A DNA stretch of 64,000 nucleotides. Origin: Bigelowiella natans CCMP2755. Its lineage: Eukaryota; Protista; Cercozoa. Location: positions 21,899 to 85,898 of the forward strand of contig ADNK01002054.1 in assembly GCA_000320545.1 (NCBI GenBank). The letters are read 5' to 3'. This document shows, piece by piece, positions 1 to 12,462 of the stretch. The notes beneath the pieces are model-generated. The model was not told the DNA's origin. It did not search any database and was given only the letters and a program-made list of their open reading frames with translations. Within the stretch, counting starts at the first letter, position 1. Every line of letters starts with the position of its first letter. The position numbers were made by a program, and so were the translations under genes.

Positions 1-110
1 GCCAGCAATCTTATCAGCAATGCCATCAGCGAGATGAAGAGGGGCGGCCTCCCAAGCAGGTGCAACCACGTCTTTAGATATACCACTACCCCGTTTGATT
101 ACGACAAAAC
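1..110 (+). CDS. Possible internal or 3' exon of an unidentified gene entering from the left edge
   Basis: Open frame ASNLISNAISEMKRGGLPSRCNHVFRYTTTPFDYDKT, then a GT donor and a (CTA)n-containing intron-like stretch. No recognisable domain. Confidence 0.3.
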
Positions 111-1166
111 GTGAATGAAAATAATTATTAGGAGCTGATAAAACTACTACTACTGCTACTACTACTACTACTACTACATCTATTACTACTTTTTTGGCCA
201 GACTTCGTGTTGATTCGGAGTCGTCATTCGAGCGGTAGTAGTATTCTTCCGTTGCCTTATTGCTGCTGCTCTAGCTGTGGCTTTGGATCATCATGATCAT
301 AGGCAAAGGTGAATGCGACTGTATGAGCGTTGGCTGAAATGTAGCAGCTAATCAAAAATAGAAAGTTCTAAATGAATCGCATATGTTTAAATAAATTATT
401 TTGTCATGTCAATCGATGTATGAGACGCAATGCAGTACATGTGCTTATAGAATTAATTTAATTGGGCACAAAAATATAATAATGTGTACTGCGTGCCTTG
501 TGTGCGTGTGTGCGCGCGCGTGTATGTTAATACGGAGAACACCGCATGCAGATGACAAAACACAATGCAGTGGGCCATCATCGATCCATGCCCATGCTAC
601 TACGTGTACTACACAAACCATGCATTTTGCGCTTCGTTGAAATCGTCGCCGCTAGCTATTACGGAGAAGTAGTAGTACGTTGTCATGGTTCATCGTGATA
701 ATGCAGCAGAAGGCTAGTAAATCTAGGTATTTAATTCGCACATGCAGAGCTACATGCAAACAAAGTAATAGCTGAATGTATGATGAGACTTGTCAAGCAT
801 TAAAGGTGTTGATATCAGCAGGGCAGGCGTGCAGCTTCTAGGTAGTGTTTGCTAATTATTGCATCTTAGTGATATTTAGGCGCTTGATTGCGCTTTTTTG
901 GTTGGCGCCGCATCGATCGAGAGACAATAAAATGTTGCTTTGTTTTCGTATTCAACGTTCATATGTACCACAAACTCACATCGTGCACGAAGTACGGACT
1001 TTCAAGGATATACTTGGATATAACTACCTCTAGACGCATGGTAGAGATTTCGAGTATCTATTATCTTTACCCACGAATTGCCTTTGCAGTTTGATGAGCA
1101 GCAACCAACTCAAAATCACGCATGATAAGCACCTGTCTAACACAAAACAAGGAAGCGCGTATATTA

Positions 1167-1778
1167 TTACATCGATGATCTGTTACTTTGAACAACTAGC
1201 TGCTCGCGCCGCTGATTATGCACGTCCGTGGAGGCAGCAGAATTACTGAGTATGCAATAACTGACCGCAAAATGTGTCTTCATATCATTATATTCCTCGA
1301 GGCTCATCGAGTTATCATTCTCATCACCATCATTCAAGAGATCCCTTTCCCGTGAAACGAGCGTCGTACTGAGGAGGTCTATGGGGAAAAGCTGAAAATG
1401 AGCCGGATGATGATGCATGAAGGAGAGAGAGCGGGTATTAATGACAACGGCAATGTAGAACAAACCAATGACTAGACTGACTCACACGTATTCTTATTTC
1501 GGAATATGTAGCATGCCAGTCGAGGAAGAGACTATTGTTGGAAAATCATGCAATCATGCAGCAGCAGCAGAACATCATATAGGGTGAATGAGAACACCTC
1601 TTTCATCATTGTGACGGCATCGTTTGAGAAGGCTCTGCGGAGATTTTCATATTGAAGGAGCAACACCACGTCGTCATTTGCGGTGGTGACTACTGCCTCA
1701 TATCTGCGACAATCATCCTATGAAATAAATATCATGTTGTCCCTGATTGCTGCTTTGAAAGAATGTGATAATGTTTTG

Positions 1779-1812
<34 letters not shown>

Positions 1813-2686
1813 CTGCGAGGTGTGTGAGTGAGGGGTGTTCTACCATGGTACCTATGTATGTAGTTCTCTGTCTTCTTCTTCGTGACTTATCATCGATCAT
1901 GACGAGGCTCTGCAGCTTATAAGGCCTCTTTATCGATTCTCCCCCTTCTTCTTCTTCCTCCTCTCCCTCCTCTAGTCTTTCGTGAATAGAAGTGCTGCTG
2001 GTGCTGCTGGTGGTGTTGGTATTGCAGAAAGATGGCGGACAACGGAGTGCTTGTTTCCTTCTCTTCCTCTTCCCCATTCGTATTTGCTGCTGCTGCTGCT
2101 GCTGTGTAGCTTCTCATCCTCTATCACCTTCTCCTCCTCTTCTTCTTATCACCATCATCTACCCAGATGACGACTAGAGGGTGGTTTCTTGTCTTTTGCG
2201 GCTGCTGCTGCTGCTGCTAATAATACGATCTTGGCCTCTCCCCCCTCCGTAAAAGGAGGAGGAGAAGACACTACAGCTTCGACTGCGAGTGCCTCTTCTT
2301 CGTCTACCATTGCAACTACTACTACTGGTACTGCTGCTGCTGCTTCTAGTCTTACTGCCAATACCGACCCAACCACCGCTTGACACCACAATAGCATTTG
2401 CTGCTGGTGCTTTGCCGCTTGTAGTATCATCGGTGTATGCGTCGATAGCGATCATAGGAGCTGCAGGGCATGATTTCCTGAGGAGTTGGTAGGTTGGTGG
2501 AGGAGGAGGAGGAGGAGCAGGAGGAGTCAAGTAGGGAGGGGGGGGGGGAGGTGGTATGAGGAAGCAGGAGAGTAGTTTTGTGCATTCAAGTATGAGCATG
2601 GGTCGCAACGACTCGGGCCGTGATCACAAGCAGCAGCAACAGTGCAGAACACTTATAGATAGTAGGCTTATTCTTCTTCTCCTTCA

Positions 2687-2725
<39 letters not shown>

Positions 2726-3375
2726 GTACACACTTATACTCATAATACGCAACAACAACAACAACAACAACAACACGATGACAACGACGCACAGAAAATG
2801 ATTGTAGAACTGAATGAGGCTGCTTAGCGTCGTATTGCATTTATGGCATGGATATCCTGGTGATGAGAGTATGAGGCAGTGAGTATGCAGTAGTTGATGA
2901 ATCGTCCAGCAGGGGAATGAAGGAGAGGAAGAACGAGGAGGAGGAGGAAACTTCGCAATTATCTTCAAATCAGATCAAGCATTAGGAGTCATGATTTAGA
3001 ATCGAAGATGTTTGAATGGAAATGGTGAAAGATAAACACACACACACACACACGTGTAAACAAAAGTTTTAACTAAGATATCAAGATACTGTCGTAATTG
3101 GGAGAGGAAGATACTGAACATGCATATACCATTCACCTCACACGTCTGCAAGTCTAGCTACAAAAATATAAATATCATTATACTATGTAATAGATACAAA
3201 GATACCCAGATCTCTTCATCTAACGTGCGTATGTGTATATTATGGTGATGATGATGATGATGAGTTTACCTCGGAAGCAATTATGCGGCTGTTTCATCAT
3301 GTCTTCCCTCTCCTCCCTTGTCGCAGGCAGCAGATGCAGCATAATCATTTGTGAGTGAGAAAGGGCGTGTGTATA

Positions 3376-3416
<41 letters not shown>

Positions 3417-3484
3417 CGTACATAGCATATAACATGTACCCATTTGTTTGTGGCATCATCATCATCATCATCATTAATAGCACT

Positions 3485-3517
<33 letters not shown>

Positions 3518-3589
3518 TGAGTGTTTCTTTATCCCATGCTTAATGAGTTCCCTACCAAGAACATAACAGAGAAATTGTGCATTAGGTCG

Positions 3590-3630
<41 letters not shown>

Positions 3631-3916
3631 AATACGTCTATTGTTGTCATCATCGTTATTATGATATTAGGAATCTTCCTGTATGCTCTCCTCCTCCTCC
3701 ACCTCCTCCTCATCCTCCTCCCCTTGGTCTTCTTTTCTTTTTCCCTTTCCCCCATTCTCCCCCATTCTCACCCACCCACCCACCCACTCACCCTCTATGC
3801 ACGAAGTCCTTATTGCAGACGGAGCAGATATACGGTCTTTGGTTTGTGTGCATCTGTTTCCATCAAGTAGTGGTATTATTATTATTATTAGTAGTAGTAG
3901 TAGTAGTAGTCATATG

Positions 3917-3952
<36 letters not shown>

Positions 3953-3978
3953 TACAAACTGCTTACAACATAAGATAA

Positions 3979-4011
<33 letters not shown>

Positions 4012-4012
4012 C

Positions 4013-4048
<36 letters not shown>

Positions 4049-4146
4049 ATACATATATAATATTATATGTTTGTATTTTCCTAATTCTATATATTTTTGG
4101 CCAGTGTTATTGTTGGCTGTTGATTGCTGCTGTTTTCTTTTTGTCC

Positions 4147-4178
<32 letters not shown>

Positions 4179-4390
4179 ACACATACCCCAACGTAGTGCA
4201 TCTTGAGGTTCCCTAGCTGGTTAAAGCCTTTTCCGCATCCTCTATATGTAATATATATATATACATATATATATATACATATGTGTGTGTGTGTATGTTT
4301 GGGCCATTTCAATCATTAGTCTCTCTTTCTTCTTTTGTGTGCGTAGTAGGACACAGGAGGAATAGGAGGAATTCCGTCCAACATCAAACA

Positions 4391-4422
<32 letters not shown>

Positions 4423-5222
4423 TTCACACACATTCTACATACATGCAGCGGTATTGCTGAGAGTTTCGATGCGACTTTGAACGCAAGTGCGCATCTAGAC
4501 TAGCCTGAAACAACAACAACAACAACATCGTAATATCATCGTCATCATCATCATCATCATCATCAACAACAACATTGGACAAAGTAAGAGAGTGATGATA
4601 TCGCCACACATCTCTTTATCTTGCTCTATTATGGCCTGTGAGTCATTTATCATGCTACCGTGCTGTTTCAACCATCATCGTCAGCATCATCATGACCACC
4701 ATGATCTATGTACGCTATATATTGCGAAAATACTACCGCCTGCACGTAGCTGGCATTGCAGATAGAGCAGCGATAGGGTCGATCCTTAAAGAAATAATCA
4801 ATTCATTGTAGCACATACACACACGCGCGCGCGCGTACAATGCAATAACAAAAGATAAAAAACACAACGGGGGCGGAGTTTAGAGATATTGTGTGTTAGT
4901 GAGTGTGTGTGTGTGTGTGTGTGAATACTACAGCAATAGGTATATGACTTTCTATCAACTTGTTTTTGGTAGTAGGTTGGCAAGAAGACTTTTTTGAATT
5001 ATCTGGAAATAGCAGCAGCTAGTGCATCATTTTCTCTCTGTCGTTGTCATCCATCATCTTCTTATTATTACATACCCCAAAGTGAAGCCTCTTGTGTCGC
5101 TGGAGAGTGCTCAACTGCGCGAACGCCTGTTGATTTCGGAAAACAAGCATCATTGATGGATGTTGTTGGATTATGTCTGGCTATACTTTCTTGAGAGCGA
5201 AACTTGTGCCATTAGTACGGAC

Positions 5223-5276
<54 letters not shown>

Positions 5277-5289
5277 ACATTAAATCATA

Positions 5290-5323
<34 letters not shown>

Positions 5324-5776
5324 ACTACACAATGTTGATTACCACCTACATAAATACATAGTCTGAATGGTTGACCAACCACCTTTTTGCAAGCGAGGCA
5401 CTGGTACGGCTTTTCCCCTGTGTGCGTGCGCATATGGACCTCAAAGTTGCACCTGATGACGAAGAAGAGGAGGAGACACTAGCCTCAGGCGAACGAAGGC
5501 ACTAAGATCTTGCTGATAATGATATTATTCACATCGAAGAAACTCCTCAACCGATCCCTTCAGTTCATACTTGTTCCGAAAGCTTCTCTTGCATTCTTTG
5601 CAGCGATGAATAACGTTGACGCCATTGTTATTCGGGACAGCATTCAGCAGTTCTACGGGTGGGGGGAAGAAGTCGAAATTGTAGGCTACGACGGTGATCA
5701 ATCTAATGGTCTCTCAATAACTCAAAAAAATTAAAAATCCTTGGAAGAAATAGTCGTGTTTGGGGGCAGAAAGCAT
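1167..5776 (-). CDS. Multi-exon C2H2 zinc-finger transcription factor (5 tandem fingers, low-complexity C-terminus)
   Basis: GT-AG exons splice to CKECKRSFRNKCNFEVHMRTH-TGEKPY-QCLACKKAFAQLSTLQRHKRLH-FGDRPY-RCSICNASYVQAASLDAHLRSKSH...CMxRGCGKGFNQLGNLKMH...HTNQRPY-ICSVCNKDFVHRGELIKHGIKKH. Exons lie near 5571-5652, 5383-5452, 5076-5126, 4737-4784, 4443-4504, 4190-4245, 3790-3853 and 3517-3551. The start codon and the 3' exons are uncertain. Confidence 0.85.
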
Positions 5777-5898
5777 GGCCAGGCCATGTCGACGTGCAGG
5801 CCGCGTTTCAAGCTGAGCGCCATCCTTCGATAAGAAATGATCGCGTCGTCGTCGTCGGGGCTGATACAGGGAGGAGGGGAGGAAGGGAGGAATGTGTA

Positions 5899-5952
5899 AT
5901 CCCGGCAGCGGGCATTAGTACCGGGATTAATACCGGGATTCGTGCCGGGATT
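5899..5952. promoter_or_regulatory. CCGGGATT motif x3 plus one inverted copy in the divergent promoter between the zinc-finger and ABHD genes
   Basis: AATCCCGG at about 5899, then taCCGGGATTaataCCGGGATTcgtgCCGGGATTc. Confidence 0.35.
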
Positions 5953-6179
5953 CATTCATTCATTCGTTCGCTTTTTGCCTGCTTTTGTTGGGAGCACGGG
6001 ACGCCGAAAACGATAATTTCGAAATTTATCGCAGAGATTTTTTCCGCTGCGACATCCCATAAGCCTGTCGTCCTGCAGCCATTTGTAATGTGTCGTAGCA
6101 GTTAAAAGCAGGCTATTTATTGATGGAAAACTCACGGAGGAGGCAACCGTGATATCGTACCACTCTCTTGCTCTCCAGC

Positions 6180-6432
6180 ATGACTACTGCCGACCGCAGG
6201 TACTGGCCAGCCAAAAACACGCCGCCCCCCCCCTTCTCCTGCCGCACCTACTTCATACGACCGTTACGTACGTCATTATACAGGCTGTTGGGATCATCTT
6301 CGTCGCGGCTCAGAAGATTTTGGATAGTGTGGTGGTTTGTGTCGGTGGCAGCACTGTATCTTCTGCGGATGGTCCGTCACATCATCATCATGAGCACTGC
6401 CGTGTGTGTTTGTGTTTGTGTGTGTGTGTGTG

Positions 6433-6498
<66 letters not shown>

Positions 6499-6782
6499 CT
6501 CACAACCATCCCCCTCCTAGATTCAAAGGCGCACAAAACTCTTGTGGCAACGCCGAAGGCAAATACTGGGGAATGCGATCTCAAAATGCCCAAAGCTCAA
6601 GGTGAGCAGACATCCCGCAGTAAGGAGGCGAAAACTTCAGCCCCATGATGTGTGATAGATGGTGATGGTGGCATCATCCTTTATGATAACATTCCTTAGA
6701 ACGGCTACAGTCCAACTCCATGGCTCATGATAGATCGATATGGTAAAGTTTGTTCAACGAGATCTTTGTTGAACGAGATTGC

Positions 6783-6822
<40 letters not shown>

Positions 6823-7700
6823 TATATGTAGTTACCGCGGCCAGCAGAGATCCTGAATGATCTGATTATGTATGATGAAGGGACCTTGATGACGATAATC
6901 ACGCACACAATGCAAAGATTGCATAACTTTCTGGCGCCCCTACCGATAAGTTATCGGAGAGAGCTTCTCACGGTCAAAGGTAGTAGTAAAACTATGCATC
7001 ATCGTGCGAACCAACAGTCAGAGTCATAATAGCCAGTTATGCTCATGAAACTGGCGACGTTAGTTTATAATGAAGTACACCTACCACCACTAGATGGCGG
7101 AACCATTGCCCTGGATTGGGCTGAGACAGATGGCAATGAGGGAGGAGGAGGAGGAAGAGGAGGAGGAGGCAACAGAAGTGATGATGATAGCGTGGTGGTC
7201 ACCAAGGGGAGGCCCACGATCGATGATGATGCCAAGAACACATCATCATCATCATCATCATCATCGTCTTCGTATAACACCAAGTTAAGAGGACAGGGTA
7301 CCAGCTGCTCTATAGAACAGACTGCAGTTGCTGCAAAACCACCCGTCGTAATTGTAATGCACGGGCTCTGCGGTAAGTAAGTAAGTAAGTAAGTATGAAC
7401 GAATGACATCTTGCTACCATCGTGCGTGCACTGATAACCCTTCGGTAAGGACGCTGTATCAATGCCGACGTGTTCCTTGTGTGGAGATATGAGTCGTACT
7501 TGAAAGAACATCATTAAAAACGATACAACACACTGCCTGCTGAAATTGTCGATTGTCTCATTCCTGCGACACGGGGGTTGCTAGCCGCTCACAGGACAAC
7601 GACGACGACGACATAAAACCCACTGGTTCTTGTTTTTTGTTGCACACATCCTCGGAATAGCTTTTGAATATCTGAGTCTTTGAGGTAAATCACATATCTC

Positions 7701-7738
<38 letters not shown>

Positions 7739-8716
7739 TCCCCCACCCTCCCCTCAGGGTGTAGTGAATCACCGTATATCGTTCCGCTTGTGAAGAAGTA
7801 CGTAGCGACTCGACAGCTAAAAACATCAATGAGAGGAGGATACAGTAGTAGCAGCAGACAGACAGTAGTAGTAGGAGTAGCAACACCCATCCTTAATGAG
7901 AGAAATGAAGAAGCATTCACAACAGTGATAACAACAGTGCAGTGGAAGAGAACACATAATGAAAATAACGATTCTATATGAAAAGAGAATGGAGGCACTT
8001 ATCATCCTAAAATGTGCAGGATTCAAGATAAGGGCTGGGGTGCAGTGGTAATGGTGGCTAGAGGATGCGGAGGGGTGAAATTGACGTCTCCAGGTAGAAG
8101 AATTGTCGTAGTAGTATGTGTTCGATGTAGTAGGAAGAATCATGGGAACAAACCTGCTTTGTACTTAGCTTCCAAATTGTCAATAAATCAATCTATTTAT
8201 TCACTTTTGTGAGCTGAAACCACATGGCATACTACCAAGGCACATTCACGGCTGCTCGCACGCAGGACTTCGCAGAGGTAGCAGTACTGTGCGGATTCCC
8301 CAACTGGGCTTTTGTTTCTTTATTTCTTTATTTCTTTATCTACCTCTTGATTCATTTTGCCTTTTTGTTGTGGTTCTTCAATCAACAAGGCAGTGGCGCA
8401 CGTAAGAAAGTCAAGGTTCTCTAGATTATCTGTAATAGCGTTTATTCAGCACAATCATTGTTGTGACCGATGAGTTATGGTTGTTGTCGTCATCATTATC
8501 AGGCCTGGGTCACCCGTATTTGCTGTTGGTTTCAGTCTTGGAGCGGGATTGTTAGCCAAGTATCTTGGAGAAACGGTAGATTAGTGCCGGTGTTTGCAGT
8601 AGTAGCAGCAGAAAGTCAATGTAGCGACAATGATGATAATGATGATGACGATGATGATAATATGATGATATGATGACAATAATACTATTCGGTCGTAGTG
8701 TTGTCGTCGTCTTGTA

Positions 8717-8760
<44 letters not shown>

Positions 8761-9089
8761 TGTACAGGGCAATAGATCGGGAATAACGGGAGGGACATGC
8801 GTCTCGATCTCGTGGGATTTTCTCAAACAAACACCAATGTAAAAGGGCCAGAAAGCACTGGGAAGAGGCTAGGAAATAGCACTATGAGAGTAGAAGGGAG
8901 CAGAGAAAGGAGGGGGATGGGCGGCAAAGATGGTGGTGATACGGAAAAAGGATGATAAATGATCACACAAATGGGCAAGATGATATGGGGCTACGATTAG
9001 TCTAGAAGAGATAAGGGTAGAAGGGTTAGGAATGAGGAAAAGATTCACAAGACAATGTCCGCGCGTGCTGTGTGTGTGTGTGCGCGCGC

Positions 9090-9126
<37 letters not shown>

Positions 9127-10901
9127 AGTGTGTAAGAATGAAGTATAAGTATTTTCTTCCTATATTGCTGTTCTCTTGTAATTCTTCTCGAATATGTTCT
9201 TTTTCGTCCAAATCAAAGTAATTTGTTAGCATCGTCCTTATTATCATTCCATACATCACTATCAGGTTCCCTCTTTGGAGCAAGCATTTTCTGGTCAACT
9301 TCACGTTGCGTTGATGGATGGTTGATGCATGGACGTTGATGCATGATTGCTGATGATAAATGATGGTTTCCGGTTGCTTCATGACGATTTATAGCTTACG
9401 AATTTTAAATGATGATAATCGGGATAGGTGCACTCTCTTAAACGGTATGTGAGAGCAAATCATACCGAATTAAAGCTGCATTCATCGCCGAACGTAATAG
9501 TGAAAGTAGAGGTGTATGAGTACAATTTGTAGCATCGTCATCATCTTCATCATCACATCAATTTCAGTCGCAGCAGCAGCATGTTTCAGATCATCAGAAT
9601 CATTTCTTGTCTTACTCATCATCAACTTCAGGTATATCTAGACAAGGTTCTTGAATCTCAGGATGTGCGTGAATTTGACCATCATGCAGTTGTTCCACAG
9701 CATGGCTACCGGTACCCGTACTAGACTCGAACAACATCGAGAATTCTTTCCCTACTTAATGCTACATCCAATGCAATTTTTAATTTATCAATGTTATCAT
9801 TACTATTATTAGAATGGTGGTATTAGTATTTGATGTTGGAAAAGTATAGTACACTAAGGATCTTTGATGATAGATCTTATGGCTTCTCTTTTCGCACTCC
9901 TATTTGCCTTTCTTATCTTGCGTGTTGACGATTAGATTGCGTTGGTGAGAGTCTCATATGAGTGAAATTAAACCCCACCCTCTATTACATCCAGATTCGT
10001 CGAATCTTTTTCACACCTTTGTCTGTCTACAACAGAGATGTTGACGATTACTACACAGATGCGAGTGCCATTAGAGTAAGTGCTGACATCGCTACTATCG
10101 AGATAATTCAAATTTTAGTCTAAATCACTGCCATTCAGTTACAATGTCGTCATTATTGGTGTAGGTATGCAACAAGATTTGTACGCCTACTCTAGCCATT
10201 ATCTCGGACGACGATCCGGTAGAAAATCAATGTCGTCAGCCCTTATTTCCTTCATCCCAACGATTAAAGCAGATAAAATTGCCGGATTTCCATTTTCCTC
10301 CTCATCTTCTGCCTTCTCGACTTCTTACTCTCTCACTCCTTTCTCTCTCCAACCCTCCCTTCTGCAATCAGGTGTGTTCTTCAGAAGGAACTCCCACAGA
10401 CGAAAAGCAGCTTGGGCCAGGTCGCCATCACTTAATCCTAAGTATATGAATTCAATTTTTCCGGTCATGATTGAGCTGTAAATCCGCACACAGAAACACA
10501 ACTACACAAACATACGCACATGTAGTGCGCACAGTGCATAGTACCTATGCCGTACACAGGAGTCGTAATCGTTCGCACGAGCTACGGTGGTCATGTGGCT
10601 TACGGGCAGGTGGCAGAGCCCTGATGTGATGACTAAAGATCATTGTGATGAATGAAAGCAACAAAGAAAAAGATGATGATGATGGTGTGGTGGAAACATG
10701 TGACCACTGATGATGAATTTGCAATGTTGTCTTGCTAGACTGGCATAACATTGAAAGCAAAATCTGGTTTGTCGTTAATTCTCTGTCCTTCTGGCTGATC
10801 TGCAGAATTGGGTACCGTCGCGTGAGAGTTGGGCTCATGACGTGGCATTGGAATGGTTTGAAGCTTTGAAATCCTCAGCTCCGGGAGGAAGTGGTTCATG
10901 A
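6180..10901 (+). CDS. ABHD1/2/3-like (YheT/EHT1 family) alpha/beta-hydrolase, multi-exon
   Basis: Motifs across exons: PTPWL, YRRELLTV, DGGTIALDW, PVVIVMHGLCG, VVMVARGCGG, nucleophile AVGFSLGAGLLAKYLGE, VREFDHHAVVPQHGY, DVDDYY, PTLAIISDDDPV, His motif TSYGGHVAY. Last exon 10806-10901 reads NWVPSRESWAHDVALEWF...stop. There is an N-terminal TM segment. Confidence 0.88.
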
Positions 10902-10919
10902 TGCGCACATTGTGCAGTC

Positions 10920-12085
10920 TGGCCACATTGACATGCTAGCATGGCAGTGCTCTGTGTGTTGCATGTGCACACATACACACGAGATGATCAATTACTCATG
11001 TCAAAATCGCAGAATTGTGAGTTTGGAATCACGTTCAACAAGATTCAAAAAAATTCAAAGTGGCCGCTGAAAATCGTCATCAACATGATGAGCCGGAATG
11101 GCTGCGAATTCCAAACAGCACAAATTGCGTGCATGGGTCTGACTAGCTGAGCCTTTGCATCGCTCATTCACTTGCGTGCCCATTGCAGTGCTAAATTGCA
11201 GAAACAAAACACCAGCACAGTGCATGCGTGCCGTGTGCCCTGTTGCGAGATTCCAACACTCCATCTTGACCAGAACAAACAAGTCGCAGCCTTGAATTCT
11301 AGAATTGTGCACCGCCGCGTCTCAGAAGCAGCAAGTTTTGGCAAACTGTCGTCACAAACATTGGGAAGCATGCAAGCACGCCCGGACTCGCCACTAGCTA
11401 GCTAGTGTCAGTCCAGCGTGCGCTCAGCGAAGGGTGCCTCACTAGCTCAAGCTCAACCGACGCAGTTTCCTCCAGTCTAGCAGTTCCTCATCTGATCCTC
11501 TAGGCCCTGTCTGGGACACGGAGGACTGCTCTAGTGTGCTCTAGTGCTGATCACGTTTGCGGTCATCGTGTGTGTACTCGTGCCACTGATGGCGGCATGC
11601 TCAGCTTGCATGACTCACTTCAACAATCACAGTGTATCGTGAGGCGTCGGTTGAGGCATGCCAACCAACGAGCTGTTCTGGTCTGGTGGTGTTGCGAGTT
11701 GTGTGTGAAGTTGAGATTGTGGCACCTGAACCGGTGGCCTCATGCCAAAGAGGAATCACAATTCAGGATGGTGACCAGTGTGATGTGCGTGCTGCATGCT
11801 GTGGCGATTGGGAGCACCCAGCAACGGACTGGCGCAGCGCACGTCTGACACGTCCAACCTGGCAACACTTCGTGGCGCGTTGTGACTTTGTCAACCCAGC
11901 CTGCCGTGGGCGTCGGCGACGCGCCTCTAGCAGATGGACAAGCAGAGCACAGAGACGTGCGCGCATGAAGCAAGCCAGGCAGCGGGGATTCGTCACACAG
12001 GCTAGCAGGGTTCGGTCAAGCTCGTTCCTGGGGAGGACAGGCGAGGAGGGAAAACACAACCCGAGAGAGTCACTCGAGTTGTGGA
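10920..12085. repeat. TpA-depleted island (degraded repeat or pseudogene DNA)
   Basis: Manual count gives 18 TA in 10921-12060, 13 of them in CTAG. Contains a Tyr-free, Cys-rich coding-like relic near 11670-11910. Confidence 0.7.
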
Positions 12086-12462
12086 TGTAGTCACTTGAGT
12101 AACTGCTTGCCAAGTAGATCTATGAATTGGTGTACCTACCATGTCGTTCATCCACAAATTAATGATTTTTTGCTCTTGATCTGTTAGTTTTTCAATGGAG
12201 ACTGCTGATTGTTCGCGCATCAGTCATTTTCACGCTTTGTTTCATCAAGGTGAAAGGGTAAAATGTGTAAAGTAATTCTTAATAATAATGAGACACAGTG
12301 GCCTCATCCTTCCAGAATAACAACTGCAAAACACTTGTAGATGAAGGCTATATTCAATAATAAATATCTAAAATAGGCATGTCGCAGAAGGATATTTTAA
12401 TGGTATGTGTCCTAATAGAGACTAATAATGTGTCGCAATTTCGATCTTAAAGTCGAACTCGA

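Noticed and set aside
1683-9382. ORF-track entries with YIYI, THTH, CVCV and poly-L/S/T runs
   Set aside because: Translations of intronic microsatellites.
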